Shown here piece after piece: positions 1 to 13,240 of a stretch of DNA of 64,000 nt (position 1 is its first letter; each line of letters starts with the position of its first letter). A model generated the notes under the pieces. It did not search any database and was not told the origin of the DNA. It was given only the letters and a program-made list of their open reading frames with translations. This DNA comes from Camelus ferus (lineage: Eukaryota), in the NCBI RefSeq assembly GCF_009834535.1, contig NC_045697.1, forward strand, positions 92,816,001 to 92,880,000. Direction: 5' to 3'. Made by a program: the position numbers and the translations under genes.

Positions 1-1324
1 TTCTTTCATAGAGATGTAGTGATAAATCTGCACATGGTTTTGAAAAATAATAATTGAAATGACACAATAATGAGAATTTTGGTTCTCACTATATACTCCA
101 TAGATTTGAGCAGCAATAGTCATCTGTTTATACACAGGGTACTTATGAGTGAGAACATAATATCAATAAAAAAGAGAGGGTAGCAGAAATAATGTATATT
201 TCTCTTCCTCTCCCCACCTATGGTAGAAAATGCTCAAATAAATAATTCATTGTTCTCTAAGAAGATTAATCTTAGAGAAACAACTTTAGGAAAGACAACT
301 TACTCAGTTTGGTTTCTGGTATGCTGTGTAGGTACTTCAGTCTCTTTTTTCTTAGAAGTATGGTTTTTACCAATTTCTCAAAACCGTAACTTTCATGGGG
401 AGTTCATTAACGGTGATCAAATATTAGAAAAATATATACAGTCATTTTGCCTGAGAATGTGTTACGGTCATTCTAGTTTACACTATCTTCAAATATTCTT
501 TATCCACAAGTTTCACTTTAAAGTGTAATTATGGCCAGAACAGTGACGATGTAAGAACATGACATCTACAGTCTACGTTTATTCTCCAGTACTGACATCC
601 CTACTTACTTTTTCTCAGTTTGCAAGTCAAAACAATATTTTCTTTCTGTGAAGATAGCAGTTTTAACTGTTGTATAAATATCACACTGTCTATATTTCTC
701 ACATTTTTGTCTCTGTAGTGTTTGAATGGATGACACTTCTTTTTATGTAGTAGTGAGAAAAAGACTGAAAATCATGAGAAAGGTTTGAATAAGAGAATAT
801 TAATTAATGGTGTTGTCCATGCTTACTATTAATAAAATAATCAAGTATTTAAACAGAAAAGTAAAATACAGGAAGAATGATCTTATTAAATAACGTTCAT
901 TTAAGCGCCTATAATTGGTATGCACATGTTGTGCATAATGTATACTTATAAAATATAGCGATGAGTTATATAAAAGTCCATGGTCATTGTTATTTTATTT
1001 GTTATCATTTTATAAGCAATAAAGTGAGTGTTTGATATTAATTTATTGCCACTGCGAAGGCAAACTTGCTCTTCCTTGAATAGATCTATTTTTGTGTTAA
1101 ACTGTCTTTTTTTCTCCCCATCTAAAGATAATGTTATCCTCTATGCAGCAAGGAAACAATTATTTTAAGATAATTAATAAAATTAGTTATGCCAATGGCT
1201 ATCTTTTCCCCAAAATACTGTTTTCTATAAAAAATGAAATATAATTTGTTGATCCATAGAAGCCCAAACAAAAGTACTATGAATGTATAAAGTCATTGCT
1301 CCTCATTATTAAGCTTTACAAGGA

Positions 1325-1535
1325 AGGTTGGAGGATATGGACTCTGGAGGCAGACTACGTACTTTCAAATGTGGCCATGCCATGTACTTACTGTGTGATC
1401 TTAGCAGATGACCTTACTTTAATCAGCTTCTTTCCTCAACTCTAAAATAAAGAGATTATCATAATATAACTCCATAGGATTGTTGTGAAAACTTAGTGAG
1501 AAGTACTTAGGGCTGTACCTAGTACATGGTGTTAT
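1325..1535 (+). mobile_element. MIR SINE (decayed)
   Basis: MIR-like motifs: ggactctggaggcagac...tactgtgtgatcttag...tttcctcaactctaaaat...cataggattgttgtga...tacctagtacatgg. Confidence 0.8.
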
Positions 1536-1597
1536 ACAAATGTTGACAACTTTCAAGCTATATATGTGTCAAGTATATATGTGTCATGAGGCTAATG

Positions 1598-1705
1598 CTG
1601 TGGTGGTAATCACTTTGTGATATATATGTATCAAATGAACACATTGTACACCTTCAGCTTACACAATGTCATATGTCAATTATATCTCAATAAAACTGGA
1701 GAAAA
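1598..1705 (+). mobile_element. L1 3' end fragment (L1MA/MB type)
   Basis: gtggtaatcacttt...acattgtacacctt...acaatgtcatatgtcaattatatctcaataaaactgg is a typical L1 3' terminus. Confidence 0.8.
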
Positions 1706-2111
1706 GCACACAGAAATAAGCGTTGTCTAATATTAAAATGCAAGGGAGTGACCTTTTAGTTTTAATTATATATTTTGTTTATATTCATAGTGTGTTAGTT
1801 ATTTGATCTTCAAGTCCTCTCCAACTGTGTTTTATTTTGTTTAAGGAAGAGGTAATCAATTCAATTATAGTTGATTTTATTTTGAAGAACAAAGTCAAAA
1901 TGATAGATTGGAAAAAAATAGGATCAAGCAGATTACATAAACTATAAAACAAAACATATTTTCTACATCATAGGATATAATTGACAGAGTCTGATTTTCC
2001 ATAATTGTAGGATAAGGATGTACTTTTTAACCTTATCTTTATGTCTTTGTTGTTGTTGGAGAATAAGGAGGGAAGAATGTTCTGTTTAAAATTTTTTTGC
2101 TTAGCTTTTTA

Positions 2112-2380
2112 TGATGGTTCCCTAACTAAATAAATGTAACAATATGTTTTACAGTATATTTCATGAAATGTTAATCTAAGAGGAGTGCCCTGAAAAATGG
2201 ATCCTGTGATCAAAAAGCACACTACTCGATGAACAGTTTGAGAAGTTATAAACACACTTCTTTAGTATTGTTTTACTCATCATATTTCTATTTTGCAAAT
2301 CATAAATCTGCTCTGCACAACACTATTTAAAAATGCATGGACCGATGTTCTATGGAACACTCTTTATGAAAGTTTTCCTG
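2112..2380. mobile_element. Decayed hAT-Charlie-type non-autonomous DNA transposon (MER103/Charlie-like)
   Basis: gaaatgttaat...ggatcctgtgatcaaaaag...gtttgagaa and gttctatggaacac resemble Charlie-group MER termini. Confidence 0.4.
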
Positions 2381-2743
2381 TACACTCTTAGTTTGAAAAC
2401 TTCTGATCCCGCTCTCATAAACAAAGCTAAGTAGAAACTCAATGAAGTCAGTTATCACTTGTTAAGAGTTAAACTTTTTTTGACTAATCACAAATAAATC
2501 GTATTATTTTGCAATATTAAATTTGAATAATCTCTTTGCTTTTTCACATTATCTGGTTTGTAAATAACTGAGTTTAATTTTTATTTGGCACAACAGCTAG
2601 TCAAAGCATCAACCAATATTCTCCTTCTAATTAACAAAGAGTAGGGGGAATCCAGTGATCAGTTAAAGAAAAATGATTAAATTAAAACACACATTCATAC
2701 TGAAAATAACACTTGGTAAATTGTCCTTCTCTTATTGATTTCT

Positions 2744-2895
2744 TTTTTTATTTTTTGTTTTGTTTTGGATTTTGGGGGGAGGAGGTGATTTGATTCATTT
2801 ATTTATTTATTCTTAATGGAGGTACCGGGGATTGAACCCAGGACTTCGTGCATGTTAAGCATGCACTCTACCACTGAGCTATACCTTCCCCTCTG
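2744..2895 (-). mobile_element. tRNA-Ala-derived SINE (camelid Vic-1-like)
   Basis: Reverse complement reads ggggaaggtatagctcagtggtagagtgcatgcttaacatgcacgaagtcctgggttcaatccccggtacctcc (A and B boxes), followed by an AT-rich linker and A-rich tail. 13/14-bp TSD tcttattgatttct (2730-2743) / tcttactgatttct (2896-2909). Confidence 0.92.
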
Positions 2896-3529
2896 TCTTA
2901 CTGATTTCTATGGAAGATGTTCCTTAACTCTAAAATTGAAATTACCTAGAAATGTTTAGATATTGTTTACCATGCTAGTTTTGATTTCCAGAAAATTGAA
3001 GTACTTCATGAGGAACCTAGGAAAATTTTAAACAAACTTAAATCTAAACATTTATGAGCTAAATATTATTAAAGGTCAAGATTTTTAATTTACTGTACTA
3101 ATATGATTATTATTTGCCTTGATGGCCAAAGGTTATCATTAGAAACATAAACCGCTGTCATAATGCTGTGGTAAATGACACTATTTTACCCAACCAATGT
3201 ATTTTGACTGTTTTCCCTTTACTGAAAATTCCAAGATGTTTTATGTCTATTGTCTTGATTTTAACTGTTTTTGTATTCTTACTTCTCTACCACCTATTTA
3301 CTCAATGACTCTCAGGCCTGCATTGACTATTCTATACCTAGACTGTCTCTGTACAGCTTGAGACTGGAAGCTTTAAACAAGACTTTCTCAGACTCTCTTT
3401 CATTTAGACTCTATCTGAGTTCTTCAGGAAGGTTAGCTAAAATTACTGTCTCAGATTCTGTATTGTGTCATTTCACAGATGGGAGTAATACCATTGGGTT
3501 TCTATGCAACATTCTTTTAGGAATCACAG

Positions 3530-4030
3530 GGGCTTTCCTCCACCTTCATTGAGGAATTTACGATCTGGCAGAAGAGAAAGACAGTTAAATATGCAATTAC
3601 AATTGGGGTTTTAAATGTATTATAAAAAGTAACATTTGAAAGTACATATTAGGGAAACAATGCATATCATATTTTTCAGGAAGGTTTTATCCAAGTGAAA
3701 TTGTGGCCAAAGGGCAAAGTGTCTTACAAAACTGATTCATATCGAAAGCATAGTGTGTTCAGAAAGAACACAGGGAGAGTGTAGAAAATTCCTCCAAGAG
3801 TGCAGTTTCATATGGCTTACACAATAGTGTGATGTGGTAGAAGATGCAGCAATTTAAGGGAGGGTAGGTGTGTCAAGCCAAGTTTAAAATTAATTATAAG
3901 CAGAAATAACTTCAAGCATGGATGAATTATAATGACATTTATGTTGTAGAGTAATTATTCTGACTGGCAACTGAAAATTTATTTTGAGTGAAGCAGGTTA
4001 TGAAACAAAGAGAACACTGAGGGACTGACA
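3530..4030 (-). mobile_element. L2 LINE fragment (decayed)
   Basis: gaggaatttacgatctggcagaag...agcatagtgtgttcag...ttcaagcatggatgaattataatgacatttatg...aattattctgactg resemble antisense L2. Confidence 0.5.
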
Positions 4031-4231
4031 GTGAACACATAAGACAATGACTTCTCAATAACATCTACTCTACTTTTATTTTTTTATTTGAAAAACAGAT
4101 TTTGTTACAGGTATAGTTATACTTTTATTTCTTTAGATTATGAGATTTCAGAAATACTTTTCAGGTAATTAAATATAAGTTTGTTACATTATTTTAAGTT
4201 GCTCCATAATATTTCATATAATCAATCACTG

Positions 4232-4813
4232 TTTTTTTTTAATATTATTGTGGTAGAAGCACTTGATATGAAATCTCTCCTCAACAAAAATTTGGATACA
4301 CAGGACAGTACTGTTAACTATAGGTACAGCGTTGCATAGCAGATCTCTAGCACTTACTCATCTTGCATATTTAAAACTCTGTATCCTTTGAATAGCAACA
4401 CTTTCCTCCACCCCAACCCCTGCCAACACCATTTTACTCTCTGTTTCTGAGTTTGACTACTTTAGATTCTTCATATAAGTGGAACCATGCAGTTTGTGTC
4501 CTTTTGTGATTGGCTTATTTCACTTAGCATGATGTTCTCCAGGTTTATCCAAGTTATAATATATTGCAGGATTCTTTCTTTTTTAAAGGCTAAATAAGAT
4601 TCATATATATATAAATATATACACACATATATGCATATAGATAATGTTTTCTTCATTCATCAGTTGGTGGCCACTTAGATTTGTTCTCATAGCTTAACTA
4701 CTGTAAATAATGCTGCAGTGAACATGGGAGTGCATATACCTCTTCTAGGTCCTGATTTCAATTCTTCTGGATATATACTCAGAAGTGGAATTGTGGGGTC
4801 GAATGATGACTCT
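4232..4813 (-). mobile_element. L1 3' portion (L1MA8/9-like), poly(T) at left
   Basis: Typical antisense L1 3' UTR and ORF2 end. ORF 4471-4656(-) gives TWINLENIMLSEISQSQKD, matching the L1 ORF2 C-terminal region. Confidence 0.9.
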
Positions 4814-5147
4814 TAGGATGTCAAGAATACAATATAGAAAAAGGACAGTCTCTTCAACAAGTATGTTGGGGAAACTGGATATCACATGCAAAAAAAGAAA
4901 AAGAAATTGGACTTTTTTCTTTCCCTATACACACACACACACAAAAACAACTCAAAGTGGATTAGATTTAAATGCAAGATCAGAAACTGTAAAACTCCTA
5001 GAAGAAATCATCTGGGGAAAGTTTCTTGGCATTAGGCTTGGAAATGATTTCTTGGATACGACACCAAAAACAAAATTAGACAAGTGGGACCACATCAAAC
5101 TAAAAAGCTTCTGCACAACAAAGGAAACAATCAACAGAATGAAACAG
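4814..5147 (+). mobile_element. Inverted L1 ORF2 segment abutting the previous element
   Basis: Translation DLNARSETVKLLEE...LGNDFLDTTPK...DKWDHIKLKSFCTTKETINRMK is L1 ORF2. Confidence 0.9.
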
Positions 5148-7980
5148 ATTTTTCTTGATATCCTACAATCCTTCCAACTTATACTTTAATTAATCTATTT
5201 TAAATTGGGGTTATGCACCTTATTACTAAAAGAATACTATTAAATGCCAATTGTTCCAAGTACTCATATAATCGTAGTCTGTCATGTCCTTGTAGGTAGA
5301 AACAAAGTAAATGTTTTGATAAAATATTTTGGAATTAGTAAAAATGGTGTTTACACATTGATTGATTGAGGAATAAGGGAGCAAAAAGTAGAGTTGACTG
5401 TTTTATATTTTAAAGAACATTCATATATTTTTAAAATATTTTATTAAAATAAATATATCAAATTAAAGATTTTACATAGGTTCTTCAATTTAATGCTATT
5501 GTATAAACAATGAGAAGATAGATATACCAAGACTGCTGACTTTATTAATTTGGTGGTACACAGGTCCATTTTTAACATAATTAATATTGAGCATCTAGTT
5601 TCCAGCTCACTATACTCAGCATCCATTAGTATTTAGGAAGTTTGGCACTATCAGTCTTGAAAGTTAGATTCATTGATTTATTTGGTGGAAAATCCTGTGT
5701 GCAAAATTATGTACTCCACATGCAAACATAAAATCCACATGATATGACTTGTTGCTACATTTTGCATAATGTTGTGCCCTCCGATCTGTTACTGTGTGTA
5801 TTGTTGGAGGTAATCAAGCTAAAATTGAAAATGTTGAAAAATTTTAAAAAGTATTTGTTTTAGAATTCTTGAGAATTCAAATGACAAGATTATTTCAGCT
5901 GACTTTTTGTTAATAAGGATAAATGTCTTGGTTGGTAATCTAATTGAACTTCCATTTTAAGTTTTCAAAAGGTCATAACAAAGGGAAGCCTGCAATTATA
6001 ATAAAGGACAAAATAAAAGGTGAGAACAAAGTAAGAACTGCACAAAATTTAGGAATGTGTAGAATTTTAAAAACAATTAAATTTCTCTGAATAAAGAGTC
6101 CCCAAATAATAATATTGGCATCTTAATCATCTAATGTAACATTTTCAGGTTTTCTCTGTATGTATAAAATTGTCCAGACTGTTTCTTTAAAGATCCACTA
6201 TGATCAGTTATTCCTAAGCATATATTATTTATATTTACTTATTTAGAATATTTATATATATATGAGATTCCTTGAGCATTCATTCAGCGCAATTTTGAAA
6301 CATCTTCATGTCAAAGCACATTTCAAACTAGCATATCACAGCATTCTGTAAAAGTAGCACTAGAGGAAATTCCTAACACATTCAGTCCTTACACGACGAA
6401 TTATGGTTCCAGATTTCATCAGTGAGTAACTTACCTTTAAAATAGACACCAATACAAATCTATTACCAAAGAAAGAAAAGGTTATGCATCTGCTTTTATT
6501 CAAAACTAAAAAATCTTTGAAGATAAGAGAACAAAGGAAATGACCATTACAAAATCAAAGACATATTACTTTCAAGGTGAATTTTCAGATAGTCTCAAGT
6601 AATAATTTGAGTTGTAGTTTAATTACTTAATGTTGAGGTAAAAAATGACTTATACTACCTGAGGAGTCTCATATATATTTCACATAACATTTTGCTCTAA
6701 AATCAAATTTTAAAGCACTCTATAAAATGTCATTTTATTAAATTGTTAATTACTCTTATGTTATCCATATATTTCTAATTTCTACTTTTTTTTTTTAATC
6801 CTTAGCTCCTGAATATGGTGTGAATTTTTGGTATTTGATTTTATCTTCACATGTCAATCACAGTTAATTTTTTCTTGTAATAATTTATTCAAAATTTAAT
6901 TTTATGTATACTCAGGCTCATGTTTGCCCTCAATTAACTCCCACCTGTCTTATTCAAAATTAAATAACCTAAGTTCTATATATAAATGTCAAAATACTTT
7001 TATTATTTTTCTACTCTCCTTTTAGAAATCCTATATGAGCTAATATTAAGTAGAATTAAACACTTTATCGCTTTCTCAACATGATTTTTATTTCAAAGCA
7101 GTACACTCCTAGAATTAAAATTGAATGCCTGGTGCAGAGTACAATATAATTGACAAACAAGCATTTGCCGAAAGGTTTCTGAGAATATTCTGAGTTTGAA
7201 CGTTCATTATTGTGGTACTTAGCTTAATAGTTTTGAGAATTCTGACTCTGGTTCTTGGGAATATCTGGATTTAAAAAAAAACAACACTGTATCTCTTCAA
7301 TTTGTTCCATCCATTCCTTTTCTAGTTATAATTAAAATTATTATATCAAAACCCATGACCAGTTACAAGACAATGTATGTCTGAAAATTTTCTCAGTGTA
7401 CAGTAAGGTAGGTGTGGAGAAGTCAATCTTGGATTCACTGAGTCTGACCTAGTATTGATTAGCCTGACTATTGTCTTTCTTTCCTTTGATGAAATTACCC
7501 TCTAAAAATACTACTAACAATGGTATTAACATAGTCATACTTTTAATTTAAAATTATATATTCACTTACTCTCTACTTTCCACCTGACAGTAATATATTT
7601 ATTATATTATTGCAATCTTATAATTACCCATGTTCATGTGATCATAACATGGTTTCTGATATCACTTCTATTTTGATTTTTCTTTCTATTAATACATTGA
7701 TCCATTATCCAAACCTTTGTCTTCCAGTCTTTATATTTGGAAAAAGAGATAGAGAGACAACTAAGGCACTATCACTGTCATCAGAGAATTTAGTCTGGTT
7801 GAAGTGATTGAAAGGAAATCAGTATTTAGATAAATATAACATTATTTTAATGTTCTTTCTGCAATCTGATTCCTTTCACACATTTAGATTATTAAATTAG
7901 GGAAAAATGTACAAAGTTTCAAAAACTTGAGAATATAACTGCATTCTCATCAAACATGCTGAATATTACTATAATGAAAT

Positions 7981-8447
7981 GTAAACTCAGGTATAAAGCC
8001 AAGATCTGTGGGTCATGATAAAATATTCTTATGATAATATCATTAATAAAATTCCACCGTATTTTCTCTAATTATACATCCCACATATATCTAAATGTGA
8101 GCAATATATTAACACACTCTGTTGATGATTTTACTTGGACATTTCCAAGTCCAAGAAAGATCATTCCTTTCAGATTTTTTGTCTTTACTATATTAGCACT
8201 GTTCTAAAAAAGGCTATCCCCTAGTTTGTTAATATTGTTTTAAAAATGGATCCTCTAGCTAGCCAAGATGGAGTGACCAGTACAGGAATATATATCCCAG
8301 TAAAAACGAATATAAAAACTAGGGAATATACATGGGTCAGCTATTTTCCAGTGTTATTTAATGGGTAATATTGGAATTTGATGCCTGAAAGAAGGAAACA
8401 AAGCATGTTGAACAATCTATATATCTTGGCTTTATACCTGAGTTTAC
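7981..8447. repeat. Perfect 25-bp inverted repeat pair (7981-8005 / 8423-8447)
   Basis: gtaaactcaggtataaagccaagat and its exact reverse complement atcttggctttatacctgagtttac, 417-bp spacer. Confidence 0.95.
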
Positions 8448-8830
8448 CTTTCAGATTGTAGTTTAGGAACAAAACACAATGGTATCACTGAGCTGGAAAC
8501 GTAGAACTTGGGTTTCAGGGCTGCTCACGTGGCTTCAGTTTGTGGTGTTAGGTTACTAGCAAGCAAGATGCTATTCAGACAAGGCTCTCTAAATATTCAC
8601 TTAGGGATCTCTTTTTATTTCTGGCTGGATAATAAGCTGCAGATATACAAGGAAATATTCCATGGGGCCTGACAGAGGACAGTTACCAGGGAGCAGGGAC
8701 CCAAATGAAAAGTTGAGAAGTCAAAAAGTGGTGGCAGAAATGGGAATTTTGATGAAAAAGGCTACAGAAACTTCACTGAATACACAGGCACTCAACTGAG
8801 ACAAAACCAAGTTTTGTATAAGGTTATTTT
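8251..8830 (+). mobile_element. Old L1 (L1M-type) 5' UTR region
   Basis: Starts ctagccaagatggagtgaccag, resembling L1MC/MD 5' ends, then gatgcctgaaagaaggaaac...tcttggcttt... Confidence 0.55.
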
Positions 8831-8837
8831 AGGAAGC

Positions 8838-9052
8838 GTGAACTTTAATGTAAACTGTGGACTTTTGGTGATTGTAATGTGTCAATATAGGTTCATCAGT
8901 TGTAACAGAGGTACACTCTGAAGGGGGATGTTGATAATGGGGGATTATGCAGGAAATCTCTATATACATTTCTCTCAATTTTTCTGTGAACTTAAAGTTG
9001 CTCTAAAGAAGTAAAGTCCTGAAAAAAAGCAAAAAAAAAAAAAAAAAAAAAA
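8838..9052 (+). mobile_element. L1MC1-like 3' end with poly(A)
   Basis: gtgaactttaatgtaaactgtggactttt...ataggttcatcagttgtaaca...ggggatgttgataatggggg...ctgtgaacttaaagttgctctaaa plus A tail. Confidence 0.85.
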
Positions 9053-9425
9053 GTGGTAGAAGCGATGCTGCATGACTTCCAAAGTTGTATCATAAAAGGT
9101 TACATAGGACTTCTGCCTGGCTTTTTGTCTTGGGGCACTTATCTTTAGATCCAGGTTTTACGCTGAAAGAAAACCCAAACTATCTCTACAGTCAAGAGGC
9201 CCTTGAAGAATGAAACTGAGGCCCCCAGACAACAGACCAGACAAGTGCGTGCGTGAAACTTCAGTTGATTCCAGTTCTTGGTCCTTGATTCTTCAGCCTG
9301 ACACCATAGAGACAATAGAATTTATACAAGGGATCCCCACTCTGCCCTTTTCAATGTTCTGAGTGATAGGAATAGTACCTGACTATTTAATGGCAATAAG
9401 TCTGGGAATGATCTGTTACAATGCC
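9053..9425 (+). mobile_element. MaLR LTR (MLT1F/G-like), 5' truncated
   Basis: gaagcgatgctgcatgacttcc...cataaaagg...cttctgcctgg...gaaactgaggcccccagacaacag...gattccag...taagtctgggaatgatctgtta. Confidence 0.75.
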
Positions 9426-9479
9426 TCAGGTGGTATATCCCATCTTTGTACCTAGCATCGTCACTGTCCAGTTTCACTT

Positions 9480-9725
9480 CTTTAATGACCCACCTTAAGT
9501 TCCATTTTCCAACAATAAAATAACTGCCTTGCATACAGCATTTGTCATTTTCTTGCTTCATTGTACGTAATTGGTAAGAATCCCTGTCCTGCATTCAACT
9601 TTCTGGCTACCCTGTATGTGCACCTGTATAGTAGATTATGCCTGGAGATACGAGAAGCTCAACCATGTTGACTGATCTCCTCTTTAAATCATCACCACCA
9701 AGTCCAATGGGTCATTAATATATGT
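9480..9725 (+). mobile_element. L2 ORF2-region fragment
   Basis: tgcacctg...ctggaga...caaccatgttgactgatctcctctttaaatcatcaccacc matches an L2a motif. Confidence 0.65.
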
Positions 9726-12396
9726 TCAGAGCATTTAAAAAGAAATCATTTTATCGTATCATGTGTAATAATGTGGACGTCTTGGATTTTGCCTAACCCA
9801 GTGAACATTACAACTTATGTTTAGATCTTATTTGTATTGCTGTCCTCCAGTGGGTAACAGTTTTGATCCCCTCTTTTCTATAACTGTAGAAATTAATATA
9901 ATTAAATTCTGTTTTATTAAAATGTTTCTTAATTTTATAGTACAGTGTTAACAGGTCTACAGCATCACCTCATGATTTCCCTGTTTCTTAATTTCTTTAA
10001 AATCATATTAAAATGAAAATAAAGCAAAACATTCACTTCTTAAATTTTTGTGCAGTTTCACCAAAAGAAAATGGTACTACTAAAAGGAAAACAAAGCTAT
10101 ATCATTTTACTTAAGAAAATAATAAAGGATCATAAGATAATATAATATGATATTATCTAGACCAAATATTGTGGTAAATTACAAGTGATTACAATTTTTA
10201 TCTATGAATCATCTACCTCTATGCAGCATGTTAATTCTAATAAACAAAAGAAATATTCAATTACAATCCCAATTTTCTGTAATATTTAGTTTAATATAAT
10301 TAAAACATGCATTTTTTAGTAATGCAGTAAAAGTAAAAATCGTACAACTTAGTAATATAGCAAAATATTAAAACATAAAAATTATTTATTATGTTTTGAG
10401 CCATGTGTTTCCTTATATAATTGCCACATCCCTTGAAGCGTACTGAGTTCTATGATATTTGACCTAGGAGTTTCCACTTATCTCAGAGAAGTTTTACATA
10501 TATAAACTCTCCAAAATCAATATTTGATCATCACTTCTCTGTATTTTACTCTTTATAATAAACTACATGGAATTAGAATTTTTTCTAATTAAGAGACGCA
10601 GTTTCCAAAACTCCACATAATAAATTATTATAATAGAGACATCTTGCTTGTACAGGTGAGATGCCAGGGAAAGACAAATAGTCTAAAGTAAAAAATGATA
10701 AAGGGAGCTCACAGAGATATACATCAGGCAAGTCAAAAGCTTCATGGTTCAGTGAACGCTCCTGGCAAAATCATTTAACACATAGTTTTAAAGCATTACA
10801 GAAAAAATATTTTTACTCTGCTTAAACAGAAACTATGGTATAGTGATATATTATATATTGTTTGATTGATTTCTTTTAAAATTAGCAGTATATTAGGCTG
10901 AAAATGGAGAGGCAATAGAAGTGTTAACATAATTTATACAGGCTGCAAATGTTCTGTAGTTTTATTCATTGTAGGAATAAATCTATCCCACTGTTTGAAG
11001 CTATCAATTAAGTTGATGGCTAAAATTCATTAAAATAGATGTATAGCATGCTATTCACGACAAGCAAATGCCCCATCTATCACTACTAACTAAATGATTG
11101 TAAGAAAAAAAATGATATAGAAAAAATGGCACTTCAGCTTTCAATTTATATCAGATTAGAGAAAGAGAATATGGTTAACTTACATTGTAAGTAAGTACAA
11201 GACCCCTGTATATGTTCCTAGAAATCTCAATGTGTTTTCTTAACTTACTTCACTATTTTAATTAGCAAATCTATAAAATCTTCATTTGTACAAGCACATA
11301 TAAAGCAAACACTTTTTAAGAAAGACAATAAATCAAGTAATAGTATTTTCAGCTAAAATAATCCAAATTATTTCTTGTGAAAATTTTACCCTTCATAGTT
11401 TTAAATGTTTGTAAGGCTGAAGAAAAACTTAAGTGACAAAAGTTGTGATAAAATATGTTAAAATATATACATAATATGATTGAAATATAATTGTTATCAC
11501 CATTTTATTCATGATATTAAGATCTAGAGATGGCAACTGTTAGCCCATAATTACCAGCTCCTATTCTGAATTAAGATTTTAACTCAAATCTGTATCACTT
11601 AAAAACATATGCACTTTCTCAAGTGTCTTGTCTCATGTAAAACCATTTTGAATTATATCAGTAAGATTAGCCATCAGAAAAAGAAGAGATTCTTCTTCTT
11701 CCCACAAAAAAAGCTTTATATAATTTCTAAGAAAAATACTGTATTTCACAAAAATTTCATTAACTATTGCTTTAAAAATGGAAATCATGATACTATTTCA
11801 CTATAAAAGAAAATTTTAATTTACCTAAATAGTATCTGTTGATTCTCTTTTGTGTTTTTAAACTAAAAGTTTTGACTGCAATACTATCCAAATTGTATTC
11901 TTTTAAACAAATGTTTATTCTTCTTTTAATCTGCATCACTGTTTTTTTTGTGAGGAAAAAAAATAGTACTAATAAGGGGTTATATTTCTAAATCCAGATT
12001 TTTCTTTTGATTTATTTTTCTTCCTACTTACTCATTTTTTCAAGTCTTTCTTCTCCATCTCATTCTTCTTTCCAAGCTTTTCAAGAACAAAGAAGTACTT
12101 CATATGAGAAATACATGCTCTTGACATAGTATGAGAATTAGAAGTTATTGATTCCAGCATACGTCAATGTAATGTTGTTTGAGGTGTCATTTTTGGGTGC
12201 ATATTTGAATATTTTAGAGACAAGATGTTAATTATCACCTGAAAAACTCACACTCCTATTGGGCAGTTTTTTGTTGTTGTTACAGCTCTTGTTTAAAACT
12301 ATTTTTCTAGTGAATCAAAAATATCACTTTCTGTTACCTCTCTGTTGACAATGTGTGTGGTTCTATCTACTAGACTGACACCAAACATGTGTTACA

Positions 12397-12910
12397 TTGT
12401 ATTGTTGCTCAAAACACTTGCTGCTCTTCCTGAGGAGGGATTATCCTGCTGCACCCTATCAATGTCAATGTTGGCAGTGTAATTTGCAGGGTTCTCTGTG
12501 CAGAAGGATTATGCTTCCATTCCTGCCCAATTATCTCAGACTTAGTCATTGTGATTTGTGATGATCCACCCAGAAAGAAAGAAAATTATATATCCTTGGA
12601 GTTTGAAATCCTAAGAGGTCTTGGAAATCATTCTGGCCAGTGATATTTGTGTGGTGCTGATATGTGTCACTCCTAAAGCTTTAAAAGCAACTCACACTTA
12701 ACCTTATCGTTTTACTCCCTCTGCCAAGCAATTCTCCCAGAGATTCTGCTCCGTCAGTGTGAACTTAGAGGGAGGATAAACTTAGAGCAGAGATGCATTC
12801 ATTTTGCAATGGGCATTTAGCATAAGATAAATAAATTGTCTTTTCATAAACTATTAAGCTATAGAGTTGCTTGCTAACACAATATAGCCTGTTATACCCA
12901 GACTAATACA
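12397..12910 (+). mobile_element. MaLR solo LTR (MLT1J/I-like)
   Basis: tgtgtcactcc...gctttaaaagc...ctgctccgtcag...gagcagag...aaataaattg...tagcct...cagactaataca LTR 3' end. Diverged duplication near the 5' end. Confidence 0.8.
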
Positions 12911-13240
12911 AGTTATAACTGAAATTTCTTAAAATCAAATTTGGAACAAAATAAACCAGCTTAGTGTGGCACAAAATTCTTTATGATGCAGAAGTGATGT
13001 GACCTGCTTTATTCTGAACGTCAAGGCTTTTTGTTTGTTTGTTTGCTTTTGTTTTTTTAAGATGGTATCCATATACTGAGAAATAAAATTTTTGATCAAA
13101 GAAATTTATCTAGACATTTCACTTTATGGCATTGTGATTTATTTTCTTTTTCATGTTGCAATCATTTATGCTGGTACTATAAGGTCAGAGATGATGCCTG
13201 TATAAAGATACATAATTTCAGTCAAACTGATTTGGGGGAT

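Noticed and set aside
2817..2891. tRNA-like sequence
   Set aside because: Has a SINE tail and TSD plus an altered anticodon loop. It is a SINE head, not a tRNA gene.
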